Notes under the pieces: generated by a model
Told to the model about the DNA's origin: nothing
The model's database searches: none
The model's input: only the letters and a program-made list of their open reading frames with translations
Program-made: the position numbers and the translations under genes
NCBI GenBank assembly: GCA_031273925.1
Contig: JAISQW010000005.1
Span: 124,920 to 188,919, forward strand
Reading direction: 5' to 3'
DNA: 64,000 nucleotides
Origin: Endomicrobium sp.
Lineage (GTDB): Bacteria; Elusimicrobiota; Endomicrobiia; Endomicrobiales; Endomicrobiaceae
Part shown: in pieces, positions 43,662-55,096 of the stretch
Position numbering within the stretch: position 1 is the stretch's first letter
Layout of the letters: each line of letters starts with the position of its first letter

Positions 43662-44759
43662 CTACCAAGTTTTACTTATTCTTACATTTGCTTTCACTTT
43701 TAAATCTTCAATATAATTTATATAAGCTTGTCTTTCATTAAATTGAGACAAAGTATCAATTATATCATCTTTTATATCATCAAATGATATATTTCTTTTA
43801 GCTCGTTTTTCTTCAATCTTTATAAAATGATATCCTAAATCTGTTTTTATAGGATTTTTTGTATAACTGCCTACTTCCATTGAAAATATAATATCACTTA
43901 TACTAGGTATAAGATCACTTTTTGAAATTACTCCTAAATCGCCATTTTTAGAACTAGAAATTTTATCTTCAGAGTATTTTCTAACGAGACTATCAAAAGT
44001 TTGCTTTTGAAGTTCTCTCTTTATATCGCCAATTTTTACAAAAACTTCTTTTATTTTTTCTGATGATGTATCTTTTGGACAATTTATAAAAATTTGTTTT
44101 AATCTTACTTGTTCCTCCGACATTTTTTTTATAGCATCAGAAAGATTTTCTACGAGTAGGTCATATTCTTTTATATAATTTTTCGACATTCCTTTAGATC
44201 CTTTAGAATTTTCTATTTTTTCAATAGCTTTTTCATAAAGTAATCTTGCATCAGTTTCAGATGGGATTTTAATTTTTGGTCCTATTGATTGTCTTAAGAG
44301 TTTCATAATTATAATTTGATCACCAACTTTTTTTTCAAGATCACTGATTTTCAAATTTTCTTTTTTAAGTTCCGCATTAAATTCTAATTCATTTGCAAAT
44401 CTTTTTTTTATTTCGAGAATATTACTTTGAATTTCTTTTTTTGAAACTTCTATTTTCCGTTTCCGTGCTTCTTGCTTTAAAATTATTTCTTCAATTTTTT
44501 GTTCTAAGATAATATCTTTTAATTCACTTTCTTTTTGTTTATTTTGATTTATAACAGGCAATGCTTGTTTATATTGCTCGACAATAGAAGAAAAAATATC
44601 ATTAACTTCAGTCTCAAAAATAGGAATTTCGTTTATAATTGCTACAGTTTTATTCACTATTTTATCTGCAGTAATTTCAGGTATCATAAAAAAATTTGAA
44701 ATTGCTATGATCCACAACATCGACATCGATCTTAAAATCAATCTTTTCATACTTTTCAT
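43662..44759 (-). CDS. SurA-like exported chaperone / parvulin PPIase
   Basis: Signal peptide, VAIINE..I SurA N-domain pattern, and YSED..S...GDLG...PIKTDLGYHFIK rotamase motif. Confidence 0.78.
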   Translation of the reverse strand: MKSMKRLILRSMSMLWIIAISNFFMIPEITADKIVNKTVAIINEIPIFETEVNDIFSSIVEQYKQALPVINQNKQKESELKDIILEQKIEEIILKQEARKRKIEVSKKEIQSNILEIKKRFANELEFNAELKKENLKISDLEKKVGDQIIIMKLLRQSIGPKIKIPSETDARLLYEKAIEKIENSKGSKGMSKNYIKEYDLLVENLSDAIKKMSEEQVRLKQIFINCPKDTSSEKIKEVFVKIGDIKRELQKQTFDSLVRKYSEDKISSSKNGDLGVISKSDLIPSISDIIFSMEVGSYTKNPIKTDLGYHFIKIEEKRAKRNISFDDIKDDIIDTLSQFNERQAYINYIEDLKVKANVRISKTW

Positions 44760-44851
44760 ACTAGTGCTTGTTACACCTCCAATTTGAACACTTATTTATT
44801 AACTTTTTTAGTTTAGTGTTATTTTATTAATATCACGCATTATACATTATA

Positions 44852-45709
44852 TTATAAGTTTACATTATAATCAATTTTAATATTTCCAAGTTTTTGTTTT
44901 TCCCTCAAAAACCATATATTAAACCTTTCTTTTTCTAAAAGTTTTTTTATATTTTCTTTAGCATCGTAAAATGGTATAGGTTTAAGCTTTTGTTCAGATA
45001 TTTTTAGTATTATGTGATATCCATAAGTTGTTTTTATAATACCAGAAATTTCGTTATCTTTAAGATTCAGAACAACTTGTTCAAGCTCTGGCATTAAATT
45101 ACCCTTTTTAAAAGGACCTATAAGACCACCATTACTTGCAGAGAGAGTATCTTGTGAAAACTCCTTTGCCATTTTTTCAAAACTTTCACCATTTCTTAAC
45201 TTTTCATAGACGTTTTTAGCTGATTTTAAATCATACAACACAATATGTCTTATCATATACGCTCTAGGATTATCAAATACGTCCCTGTTTTGATCATAGT
45301 ATATCTGAACATCCATATCTGTCACTTTTATATCGTTAAGTATTTTTTTGATATAAATTTCTAGCAACAATTCATCTTTATATTCATCATAATATCTGCG
45401 TTGTTTTTTCTTAAACTCTTTTAAAGTATTTTTGTATTCAAAATTTTTATTAATTTTTGACATTTTTGCAGCTCTTTTAACTATAGCTTCTCTAACAACA
45501 GCGTCTATAAACTGCTTTTTACCAAATGTAGTGCTTACATATTTTTGATATTCGATAGGAGTATTCAACAATTTTTCGCTTAGTTCATTTTTTGTAATTC
45601 TGTCTTTTCCAATCATTATAACGACATGATCATTTTTTTTACAGGCACTAAATAACAATACTATCAACATCAACATAACCCCAGATAAAAACTTACTTAC
45701 CATGATCAA
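44852..45709 (-). CDS. PrsA/PpiC-type peptidyl-prolyl isomerase lipoprotein
   Basis: Lipobox LFSAC; RHIV, FEKMAKEFSQD..SA..GG.IG and IKTTYGYHII motifs. Confidence 0.85.
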   Translation of the reverse strand: MIMVSKFLSGVMLMLIVLLFSACKKNDHVVIMIGKDRITKNELSEKLLNTPIEYQKYVSTTFGKKQFIDAVVREAIVKRAAKMSKINKNFEYKNTLKEFKKKQRRYYDEYKDELLLEIYIKKILNDIKVTDMDVQIYYDQNRDVFDNPRAYMIRHIVLYDLKSAKNVYEKLRNGESFEKMAKEFSQDTLSASNGGLIGPFKKGNLMPELEQVVLNLKDNEISGIIKTTYGYHIILKISEQKLKPIPFYDAKENIKKLLEKERFNIWFLREKQKLGNIKIDYNVNL

Positions 45710-45768
45710 AAATCTCCTTTTTTGTTTATCTTTATTTAGTTGAGTTAATAACTACAACACCCCGGGTT

Positions 45769-45797
45769 ATAATACAATTTTATATTTAAGTAGTCAA
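45769..45797 (-). promoter_or_regulatory. Putative sigma70 promoter of the PPIase-ispE unit
   Basis: Minus strand TTGACT, 17-nt spacer, TATTAT. Confidence 0.45.
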
Positions 45798-45883
45798 ACA
45801 AGAAATTGCAATTTACAAATAATATAAATTATATTTACATTGCAAATTTTTATATAAACTTTCATAAAAAAATTTATGAATTA

Positions 45884-46984
45884 TCAAATAGCAAAAACAA
45901 ATTCAATAATGTCGCCATCTTTTATAAGATATTTTTTGCCTTCATTTTTTAACAAACCAGCATTCTTTGCTATTTTTTCATCACCAAATTTGAATAAATC
46001 ATTAAAGTTCAAAACTTTAGCACGTATAAACCCCCTATCAAAATCAGAATGAATTATTCCTGCTGCTTGTTGTGCTAAAATTCCATTTTTTATGGTCCAA
46101 GCTTTTATTTCCAAATTTCCAGCAGTAAAAAATGTAATAAGATTTAGTAAGTTATATCCAGCTCTTATTAAACCATTAAGACCTAACTCTTTCATTCCTA
46201 AATTCTTTAAAAATATTTCTTGATCAATTTTATGAAATTCAGAAAGTTCTGCTTCGATTTTGACACATAATGATATAGTACCTCCAGATCTTTCATATTT
46301 TAATTTTTCTTTTACAGCTTCAGTGTACTTGTTCCTCATTAATGGCAAATCGTTTTCTGATATATTGCAAACGTATAAAACCGGTTTAGATGATATCAAA
46401 AAGAAATCTTTTAAAATTATTTTTTCATCGTCATCAAGTTCAAGAGAATTTACAGTTTTGCCAGAATTAAGATGATCTTTTATTTTTTTTGCAAGTATTA
46501 ATTCTCTAACAATCTTACTATTACTTTGACTAAATCGCAATAATTTTTCAAGTTTTTCAAGTTTTTTAGATATTGACATTATATCGGATAGAATAAGTTC
46601 AGTATTAACAATATCTATATCTCTAATAGGATTAACTGTATCCATAACATTCACTATATTTGCGTCATTAAAACATCTTACTATATGAATAATAGCACTA
46701 GCTTCTTTAATGTGTGCCAAAAACTGATTACCTAATCCTTCTCCATTTGATGCATTTTTTACAATTCCAGCAATATCAACAAATTCTATAAAAGCAGGAA
46801 TTGTTTTTTTAGCTTTATAAATTTTTTTTAGAGTATTTAATCTATTATCAGGTACACAAACTGTACCTATGTTTGGATCAATAGTGCAAAATGGATAATT
46901 TGCTACTTCAGCATGTGCTCTTGTTATAGCATTAAAAAGTGTGGATTTTCCTACGTTGGGAAGTCCAATAATACCAAGTTTCAC
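45884..46984 (-). CDS. ychF: Ribosome-binding ATPase YchF
   Basis: GIIGLPNVGKST, ANYPFCTIDPN, DIAG, GEGLGNQFL and IHSDF motifs. Confidence 0.97.
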   Translation of the reverse strand: MKLGIIGLPNVGKSTLFNAITRAHAEVANYPFCTIDPNIGTVCVPDNRLNTLKKIYKAKKTIPAFIEFVDIAGIVKNASNGEGLGNQFLAHIKEASAIIHIVRCFNDANIVNVMDTVNPIRDIDIVNTELILSDIMSISKKLEKLEKLLRFSQSNSKIVRELILAKKIKDHLNSGKTVNSLELDDDEKIILKDFFLISSKPVLYVCNISENDLPLMRNKYTEAVKEKLKYERSGGTISLCVKIEAELSEFHKIDQEIFLKNLGMKELGLNGLIRAGYNLLNLITFFTAGNLEIKAWTIKNGILAQQAAGIIHSDFDRGFIRAKVLNFNDLFKFGDEKIAKNAGLLKNEGKKYLIKDGDIIEFVFAI

Positions 46985-47352
46985 AAATCCTCTTCTAAGC
47001 GTCCGTTTTTATGTAATTTTATGTAAAGATTTTTTGATAACATTACATTAATATTAATCTGTTTAACTTGCAATACTTTCAATAACTTTTGTCATATATA
47101 ATATAAGAGATGTCTTTCTATACTATAACAACTAAATTACACTGAATTAATAATTAGACCGATGTAATTAAACTTGCTTCATTACCTGCTTGCTATTATG
47201 TATGACACAAATTGCATAAAACACGCATATATGCATAATAATTAACCATAATTATTATAGTTAACATAGCTAATAGTACATATTTCTATAAAATTCTACA
47301 ACTTACATTACATTACACTGCTACTGCGCTATACTGCAACCAATTTTTTAAT

Positions 47353-47382
47353 TTGACAACACATGCAGTAGTTTTATATCAT
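47353..47382 (+). promoter_or_regulatory. Putative sigma70 promoter of gap-pgk-secG
   Basis: TTGACA, 18-nt spacer, TATCAT, about 125 nt upstream of the gap start. Confidence 0.5.
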
Positions 47383-47463
47383 TCATTTGCATAACAAACT
47401 AATTTGCGTTTGCGCAGCGCTAATAGGCTACTACATATACCAAAGTAGCTATAATAGCGCTAA

Positions 47464-48519
<1,056 letters not shown>

Positions 48520-48580
48520 ATTTAGTAATCTGTTATAAAAGTTATGTTTTGGTTTTACATGTAAAGAGGAGTATAGTATT

Positions 48581-49855
48581 ATGAGTATAAAAAAAACACT
48601 CAGGAACATTGACATCAGAAAAAAAAAGGTATTAGTTCGTGTAGATTTTAATGTTCCTCTTAACAAAAATCTTGAAATAACAGACGATAAGAGAATAGTT
48701 GAAGCTATACCAACTATAAAATATCTATTGGAAAATAAGGCAGCAGTGATACTTATGTCGCATTTAGGAAGACCTAAAGGTAAAGTTGTTCCAAAAATGA
48801 GTTTAGAACCGGTTTCTATACGTTTAGGTGAACTTCTTGGCAAATTTGTAAAATTTATTGGTGGTGATTGTATAGATTCAAAGTCAAAAAAAATAGCAAG
48901 TAATTTAAAGTACGGCGAAGTACTATTATTAGAAAATCTTAGATTTCATCCAGAAGAAGAAGGTGTGTTTTTTTCAAATGATAGTAATGAATTTGCTATG
49001 GAGAACTTTGCAAAAGAACTTGCTTCAATGGGAAATGTGTTTATTCAAGATGCATTTGGTACAATACATAGAAGACATGCTTCAACTATATATATTGTTA
49101 AACATATTGAGGATTCAGCTATAGGATTACTTGTTGAAAAAGAACTTAAATTTTTTAATGATATGTTGGAAAATCCAGTGAGGCCTTTTTTAGCAATTTT
49201 AGGTGGTGCTAAAGTGTCAGATAAAATAAATATCATAGAAAACTTGCTAAATAAAGTTGATTCAATCATAATAGGTGGAGCTATGGCGTATACTTTCTTA
49301 AAATCCCAAGGTGTAAGTACAGGATTTTCATTAGTAGAGGACGAAAAACTAGATTTAGCCGGTGAATTAATTAGAAGAGCAAAAGAAAAAAAGATAGATT
49401 TTTTATTACCTATTGATCATACAGTTATTGACAAATTTGATTATTCTAATAGACAAATTTATGAAGATACGAAAATACAGATTACTGTAGATGAGGCAAT
49501 TCCAGAAAAATTTATGGGTGTTGATTTAGGACCTATGTCAATTGAAAAATTTTCTGAGATTATTAAATTTTCAAAAACTATAATTTGGAATGGGCCTGTT
49601 GGTGTATTTGAAATAGATAAATTTTCAAAAGGAACTCTTAAAATTGCAAAAAATATAGCAACAGCAACTGATGAAGGTGCAATATCTATTATCGGTGGTG
49701 GTGATTCTGTTTCAGCAATAAGTAGATCTGGTATAGATAAAAGAATAACTCATATTTCTACTGGTGGTGGAGCATCTTTAAAACTTCTTGAGGGTAAAGA
49801 ACTCCCAGGAATTTCTGTTATTCCAGAAATAAATGAAATTAAAAAAAAATGTTGA
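48581..49855 (+). CDS. pgk: Phosphoglycerate kinase
   Basis: RVDFNVP, SHLGRP, LENLRF, GGAKVSDK, WNGP and HISTGGGA motifs. Confidence 0.98.
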   Translation: MSIKKTLRNIDIRKKKVLVRVDFNVPLNKNLEITDDKRIVEAIPTIKYLLENKAAVILMSHLGRPKGKVVPKMSLEPVSIRLGELLGKFVKFIGGDCIDSKSKKIASNLKYGEVLLLENLRFHPEEEGVFFSNDSNEFAMENFAKELASMGNVFIQDAFGTIHRRHASTIYIVKHIEDSAIGLLVEKELKFFNDMLENPVRPFLAILGGAKVSDKINIIENLLNKVDSIIIGGAMAYTFLKSQGVSTGFSLVEDEKLDLAGELIRRAKEKKIDFLLPIDHTVIDKFDYSNRQIYEDTKIQITVDEAIPEKFMGVDLGPMSIEKFSEIIKFSKTIIWNGPVGVFEIDKFSKGTLKIAKNIATATDEGAISIIGGGDSVSAISRSGIDKRITHISTGGGASLKLLEGKELPGISVIPEINEIKKKC

Positions 49856-49905
49856 ATTTTATATAAATAATTTATTGTTAATTTTTGTATGTGGTATAAA
49901 CATTT

Positions 49906-50169
49906 ATGAAAAATATGGTAGTTATATTTTTAAAATTCATTCATTATTCAATTTGTTTTTGTTTAATTTTTATTATACTCTTACAGTCTAGTAAAGATGG
50001 AGGAGGTATTATGGGTATTTTTAATAGTAGTATACGCGAAAAATTTTTAGATTATCCATCTAATATATCTCTTATAAAAAAAATTACTGCAATAATAATT
50101 TGCATGTTTTTATTTACATCATTGATAATTACAAGACTTTCTACAACATTAAATGCATGTTTGTTATAA
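49906..50169 (+). CDS. secG: Preprotein translocase subunit SecG
   Basis: Two TM segments with ILLQSSKDGGG linker; precedes tRNA-Leu. Confidence 0.8.
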   Translation: MKNMVVIFLKFIHYSICFCLIFIILLQSSKDGGGIMGIFNSSIREKFLDYPSNISLIKKITAIIICMFLFTSLIITRLSTTLNACLL

Positions 50170-50224
50170 ATATTTTTTTTAGTGAAAATATTTATTGAGT
50201 AAAATATAATAATGAATAATTACT

Positions 50225-50309
50225 GCTGAGGTGGCGAAATTGGCAGACGCGCACGCTTGAGGGGCGTGTTCTTACATGATGAATGCGGGTTCAAGTCCCG
50301 CTCTCAGCA
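50225..50309 (+). tRNA. tRNA-Leu(GAG)
   Basis: GCTGAGG...CTCTCAGCA, anticodon arm CACGC-TTGAGGG-GCGTG, long variable arm, GGTTCAAGTCC. Confidence 0.95.
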
Positions 50310-50324
50310 TTTTCGCTTTTATTT

Positions 50325-50396
50325 GCGGGCGTAGTTCAGTGGTAGAATAGCTCGTTGCCAACGAGTAGATCATGGGTTCGATCCCCATCGCCCGCT
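50325..50396 (+). tRNA. tRNA-Gly(GCC)
   Basis: GCGGGCG...CGCCCGC-T, anticodon arm GCTCG-TTGCCAA-CGAGT, GGTTCGATCCC. Confidence 0.95.
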
Positions 50397-50530
50397 TTTA
50401 GTACTCATGCACAATCGTGTAAGTATTTTTATTTTTCTAAAAACATAAAACAATATAAAGAATAGATGTGAGTTACTTAAGTTTTTTATGAAAGAACATC
50501 TCAATTTTAATTAAATACAATAAAAATAAT

Positions 50531-51871
50531 ATGAATCTATCACAAATATCAGGATATAAAATTGTTTTGCTTGGTAGATCAAATGTTGGAAAATCAAGCC
50601 TTTTTAACAGATTTGTTAGGAAAAGAAAAGCTATAATATGTAAAAATTCTGGGACAACAAGAGACAGGAATGATTGTGATGTATTATGGAGAGATAAGTG
50701 GTTCACTATCACAGATACTGCTGGATATGGATACGATATTTCTGTTTTTGCAAAAGATATGTTACATCAAATTATGCTTGCTTTAGCGCAATCTGATCTA
50801 GTGTTGTTTGTGGTTGATGGTAAATTTGGAATTCATTCGTTAGATGTAAAAATTATTCAATATATTAGACTTAATTTTAATCTAAAAAAGGTCATTCTTG
50901 TTGTGAATAAGATAGATACTCAAATAGATGAACAAAATGGATATGAATTCTATAAAATGGGTATTAAAGATGTTTTTTTTGTTTCCGCAATTCATGGTCG
51001 AAATATAGATGTTTTACTGGATAAAATTTGGGATAATATAGAGTATAGGAAAATTATTAAAAAATCTCAAAAAATAATAAAAATTGCTTTTGTTGGCAAG
51101 CCAAATGTTGGAAAATCTTCTTTTATAAATGCTCTTGCTAAAGAAGAGAGAAGTATTGTTCATAGTATTCCATGTACCACAAGAGATTCTATTAGTGTAC
51201 GCATTACAATTAATAACAAAACCTATATTATTGTGGATACTGCTGGATTAAATAGAGATAGTAAAATAAATGATAATATGAGATATCTTTCATCATTAAG
51301 TACAAGTTATGCTATTGATGATGCAGATGTTGTGATTCTTGTTGTAGATGCTTCATATGGTATAGGTGATACCGAAATTAAAATAGCAAGGTTATTAAAG
51401 CATAAAATAAAACCTGTTATTGTAGTTGTAAACAAATTTGATTTAGTAAAAAACAAAAAAGAAAGTCAAGATTTTTTTAGAAAACAATTAAGAGAAAAAA
51501 TAAAGTTTATGAATTGGGTTAATATAATGTTTATGTCTGTTAAATTGAATCAAAATTTAGAAAAAATTTTTAGTGAAATTGATTCCGTTTTTAAAGAATA
51601 TTCGAAGGAAATTACACAAAATGATCTTGATCATGTAATAAGAGACGCTATTATAAAAAAAACTTATATAACCAAAGGCAAAATATTAAAATTTAAAAAA
51701 TATGAACAAGTTTCCTCAAAACCTCCTTTTTTTGTTTTTTTAGTAAACAATACAGATATTGTACATTTTTCTTATAAGCGCTTTCTTGAAAATTGGTTGA
51801 GGACAAAGTTTGGATTTAATGGCACACCAATAATATTAAAGTTTAAGAAATATCTAAAAAGTAACAATTAA
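50531..51871 (+). CDS. der: Ribosome biogenesis GTPase Der (EngA)
   Basis: Two G domains (GRSNVGKS..TRD..DTAG..NKID; GKPNVGKS..TRD..DTAG..NKFD) plus KH-like C-terminus. Confidence 0.96.
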   Translation: MNLSQISGYKIVLLGRSNVGKSSLFNRFVRKRKAIICKNSGTTRDRNDCDVLWRDKWFTITDTAGYGYDISVFAKDMLHQIMLALAQSDLVLFVVDGKFGIHSLDVKIIQYIRLNFNLKKVILVVNKIDTQIDEQNGYEFYKMGIKDVFFVSAIHGRNIDVLLDKIWDNIEYRKIIKKSQKIIKIAFVGKPNVGKSSFINALAKEERSIVHSIPCTTRDSISVRITINNKTYIIVDTAGLNRDSKINDNMRYLSSLSTSYAIDDADVVILVVDASYGIGDTEIKIARLLKHKIKPVIVVVNKFDLVKNKKESQDFFRKQLREKIKFMNWVNIMFMSVKLNQNLEKIFSEIDSVFKEYSKEITQNDLDHVIRDAIIKKTYITKGKILKFKKYEQVSSKPPFFVFLVNNTDIVHFSYKRFLENWLRTKFGFNGTPIILKFKKYLKSNN

Positions 51872-51895
51872 TAAGAGAGTGTAATATAGAATAAG

Positions 51896-52489
51896 ATGTT
51901 TATAAAAGTTGTATATGTAGTTTTTACGTATTTATGTGGATCAATTCCTTTTGCATATATAATTGCAAAAGGAAAAAATATTGATATACGCAATGTTGGA
52001 TCTGGAAATGTTGGTACTACTAATGTTTTGAGATGCATAGGGAAAAAAGCAGGAGCTATTACGCTCGTAACAGATATTTTAAAAGGCTTTTTACCCATGT
52101 ATTTTGCAACATTAATGTATGATTCTATTAGTTATAACGTTATTGTTGCTACATTTGCAATTTTGGGCCAAATGTTTCCAATTTTTTTAAATTTTCATGG
52201 TGGCAAAGGTGTTGCTATAGGATTTGGAGTGTTTTCTGTAATAATGACATTTCCACTATTCATAGCTTTTTCTATTTTTTTTATAATTTTTATGATTTCA
52301 AAATATGTTTCTGTTGGAGTGATATGTGCAACTATTAGTATTCCTATAATATCTTATTATCTTGGATATGATGTGAAATATGTAATATTTTCTTTTATAA
52401 TTGCTGTATTAATTATTTATAAGCATAAATCAAATATTAATAGACTAACAAAAGGAATAGAAAATAAACTTGAAGTATTTAAAAAATAA
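51896..52489 (+). CDS. plsY: Glycerol-3-phosphate acyltransferase
   Basis: GSIPF, GSGNVGTTN, DILKG, GGKGVA and HKSNI.RL motifs. Confidence 0.95.
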   Translation: MFIKVVYVVFTYLCGSIPFAYIIAKGKNIDIRNVGSGNVGTTNVLRCIGKKAGAITLVTDILKGFLPMYFATLMYDSISYNVIVATFAILGQMFPIFLNFHGGKGVAIGFGVFSVIMTFPLFIAFSIFFIIFMISKYVSVGVICATISIPIISYYLGYDVKYVIFSFIIAVLIIYKHKSNINRLTKGIENKLEVFKK

Positions 52490-52544
52490 ATTGTATCATA
52501 TCTTTAGAATTTTATGTTAATTAATAATAATAGGAAAAGTAAAG

Positions 52545-52808
52545 ATGACTAAACGCGATATAGTAGTAATGTTGTCAAAAATATTAATGTCAAAAAGAGA
52601 AGCTTATGGATTTGTTAATAAGGTATTTGAGGAAATGTCAAATGCTTTGAAAAGAGGGCAAAAAGTTATTATAAGTGGTTTTGGGAGCTTCAATGTGATT
52701 GAGACTAAAACAAAAAATGGGAGAAACCCTAAAACTGGTGAGAAACTTATTATTGCGCCAATGAAAAAAATAAAATTTAAACAGTCTAAAAACTTTTTTG
52801 AAGAATAA
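52545..52808 (+). CDS. HU/IHF family DNA-binding protein
   Basis: MTKRD, ISGFGSF and GRNPKTGE motifs. Confidence 0.93.
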   Translation: MTKRDIVVMLSKILMSKREAYGFVNKVFEEMSNALKRGQKVIISGFGSFNVIETKTKNGRNPKTGEKLIIAPMKKIKFKQSKNFFEE

Positions 52809-52834
52809 GATTAGAATTAGAAGAGGATTAAAAA

Positions 52835-53200
52835 ATGTTCCAAGTTCCTACAATTCCTGATAAAGAATATTTTGGTATTGGGGAAGTTTCTCAAATAACA
52901 TTAATTCCAAAATATACTTTGAGATATTGGGAATGTGAATTTAAGCTTTTAAGACCAGCAAGAAGTAATTCTGGCCAAAGAAAATATCGTAGAGAAGAAA
53001 TAGAAATTATTTTTCATATCAAGGAGTTGTTATATGACAAACGTTTTACAATTGAAGGAGTGAAAAAATATCTTTTTTTAAATAAACGTAGAAATATAAA
53101 TGTGCAGTCAGGTTCTAATTTTCAATACACTTTAGGTGTTGAATTTTTAAATGATATTAAAAGTGAACTAAGACATATTATAAAGCTGTTAAAAAAGTAA
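52835..53200 (+). CDS. MerR-family HTH regulator (IHF-adjacent type)
   Basis: IPDKEYFGIGEVS, LRYWE.EF, R..SGQRKY and LLY...FTIEG motifs. Confidence 0.88.
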   Translation: MFQVPTIPDKEYFGIGEVSQITLIPKYTLRYWECEFKLLRPARSNSGQRKYRREEIEIIFHIKELLYDKRFTIEGVKKYLFLNKRRNINVQSGSNFQYTLGVEFLNDIKSELRHIIKLLKK

Positions 53201-53305
53201 GGCACACCTTAGACAAAACAGTTTGTGTACGATAGTTTTATTATGGTATAAGTAGATTTTATGTGTTAAGAATATTGTTATGCTAGGATTTTATAAAAAA
53301 AATAA

Positions 53306-55045
53306 ATGAAAAAAAAAGAATCAATAACAATAAATATGTTGAGACACTCTGCAGCACATATAATGGCTGCAGCTGTTGTGGAAATTTTTCCAGATGCAAA
53401 AATTGCTATTGGACCTCCAATAGAAAATGGGTTTTACTATGATTTTGATAAAATAAAACCTTTTACTGATAGTGATTTGTTAAATATTGAAATAAAAATG
53501 AGAGATATAATTAGTCGAGATTACAAATTTATACGTTTGGTTATACCTAAAGATGAAATAATTAAAGAATTTAAATCTAAAAACGAAAAATATAAAATTG
53601 AAATCATATCTAAAATTGAAGACAGTGAAATAAGTATATATAAGTTTGGGAATTTTATGGATTTATGTAAAGGTCCGCATATAAATTCAACTGGAGAATT
53701 AAAATATTTTAAGCTTCTTTCTGTGGCGAGTGCATATTGGCAAGGTGACTCTACCAAAAAACAATTACAGAGAATTTATGGTACAGCTTTTTTTAGTGAG
53801 CAGGAACTGAATAATTATTTAATAAATATTGAAGAAATAAAAAAAAGGGATCATAGGAAACTTGGTAAAGAGTTAGATTTATTTAGTATTAATGAAATTA
53901 TGGGTAGTGGATTAGTCCTATGGCATCCAAATGGTACGATTTTAAGAAATGTTATTGAGAATTATTGGAAAAATCTTCATATCAAAAATGGATATAATTT
54001 GGTATTTACTCCTCATATTGCCAGTGAAAAGATTTTTAAAATTAGTGGACATACAGAAAATTATTCGGATAATATGTATTCTTCAATTAAGATTGATAAA
54101 AATCCATATCGTATAAAACCAATGAATTGTCCTATGCATTTAATGATATATAAAACAAAATTGCATTCCTATAAAGAACTTCCTATAAAATACGCAGAAC
54201 TTGCCACTGTTTATAGATTTGAAAGATCAGGTGTTTTACAAGGACTTTTAAGAACTAGAGGATTTACTCAGGATGATGGACATATTATTGTTACACCTGA
54301 TCAACTTGAAAAAGAAATATCAAAAGTTTTTGTTATGGCTATTGATTGTTTAAAAATATTTGGATTTTATAATTATAAAATTTTTTTTTCTACAAGACCT
54401 AAGAAAAAATATATAGGTGAAATAGCATATTGGGAAAAAGCTGAAAAATCTCTGGAAAATGCTTTAAAAAATGCAGGTTATTTCTATAATATTGATGAAG
54501 GTGGAGGAGCCTTTTATGGACCTAAAATAGACATAAAAATAGAAGATGTTTTAGGAAGATTATGGCAATGTTCAACAATTCAATTTGATTTTAATCTCCC
54601 TAGCAAATTTGATATTACTTTTATCAATTCGTTAGGCAAAAAAAATAGACCATACATGATTCATAGAGCACTGTTAGGTTCTTTAGAAAGATTTATAGCT
54701 ATACTTTTAGAACATTATTCTGGTATATTACCCTTTTGGCTTTCTCCAATTCAAGTTGTGTTAATAAATATTGATAATAGGCAATATGGGTATTGCCAAA
54801 AACTGCATCAAGAACTACAAAAAAATGATATAAGAATTGTTTTTGATGGTAGTAATGAAAAAATTGGTTATAAAATAAGAAAATATTCATCTCAAAAAAT
54901 CCCTTATATAATTGTTGTTGGTGATAAAGAAAAGAATGATAAATCTATTTCTGTAAGAATAAGAGGTAATAAAAATTTAGTTAATATGTCAATAGATAAA
55001 TTTATTTCAATCGCAAAAATTAGAAATTTACCAGGTTGTGATTAG
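53306..55045 (+). CDS. thrS: Threonyl-tRNA synthetase
   Basis: RHSAAH, DLCKGPH, KPMNCP, FYGPKID and WQCSTIQ motifs. Confidence 0.98.
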   Translation: MKKKESITINMLRHSAAHIMAAAVVEIFPDAKIAIGPPIENGFYYDFDKIKPFTDSDLLNIEIKMRDIISRDYKFIRLVIPKDEIIKEFKSKNEKYKIEIISKIEDSEISIYKFGNFMDLCKGPHINSTGELKYFKLLSVASAYWQGDSTKKQLQRIYGTAFFSEQELNNYLINIEEIKKRDHRKLGKELDLFSINEIMGSGLVLWHPNGTILRNVIENYWKNLHIKNGYNLVFTPHIASEKIFKISGHTENYSDNMYSSIKIDKNPYRIKPMNCPMHLMIYKTKLHSYKELPIKYAELATVYRFERSGVLQGLLRTRGFTQDDGHIIVTPDQLEKEISKVFVMAIDCLKIFGFYNYKIFFSTRPKKKYIGEIAYWEKAEKSLENALKNAGYFYNIDEGGGAFYGPKIDIKIEDVLGRLWQCSTIQFDFNLPSKFDITFINSLGKKNRPYMIHRALLGSLERFIAILLEHYSGILPFWLSPIQVVLINIDNRQYGYCQKLHQELQKNDIRIVFDGSNEKIGYKIRKYSSQKIPYIIVVGDKEKNDKSISVRIRGNKNLVNMSIDKFISIAKIRNLPGCD

Positions 55046-55096
55046 TTATATATATAGCGATAAAATTTTGTAGTGCAATGAAAGTATACGGAAATT

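Noticed and set aside
44829-44860. Possible dif site (CGCATTATACATTATATTAT)
   Set aside because: Only partial resemblance; arm lengths and the XerD arm do not fit, and such matches are common in AT-rich DNA.
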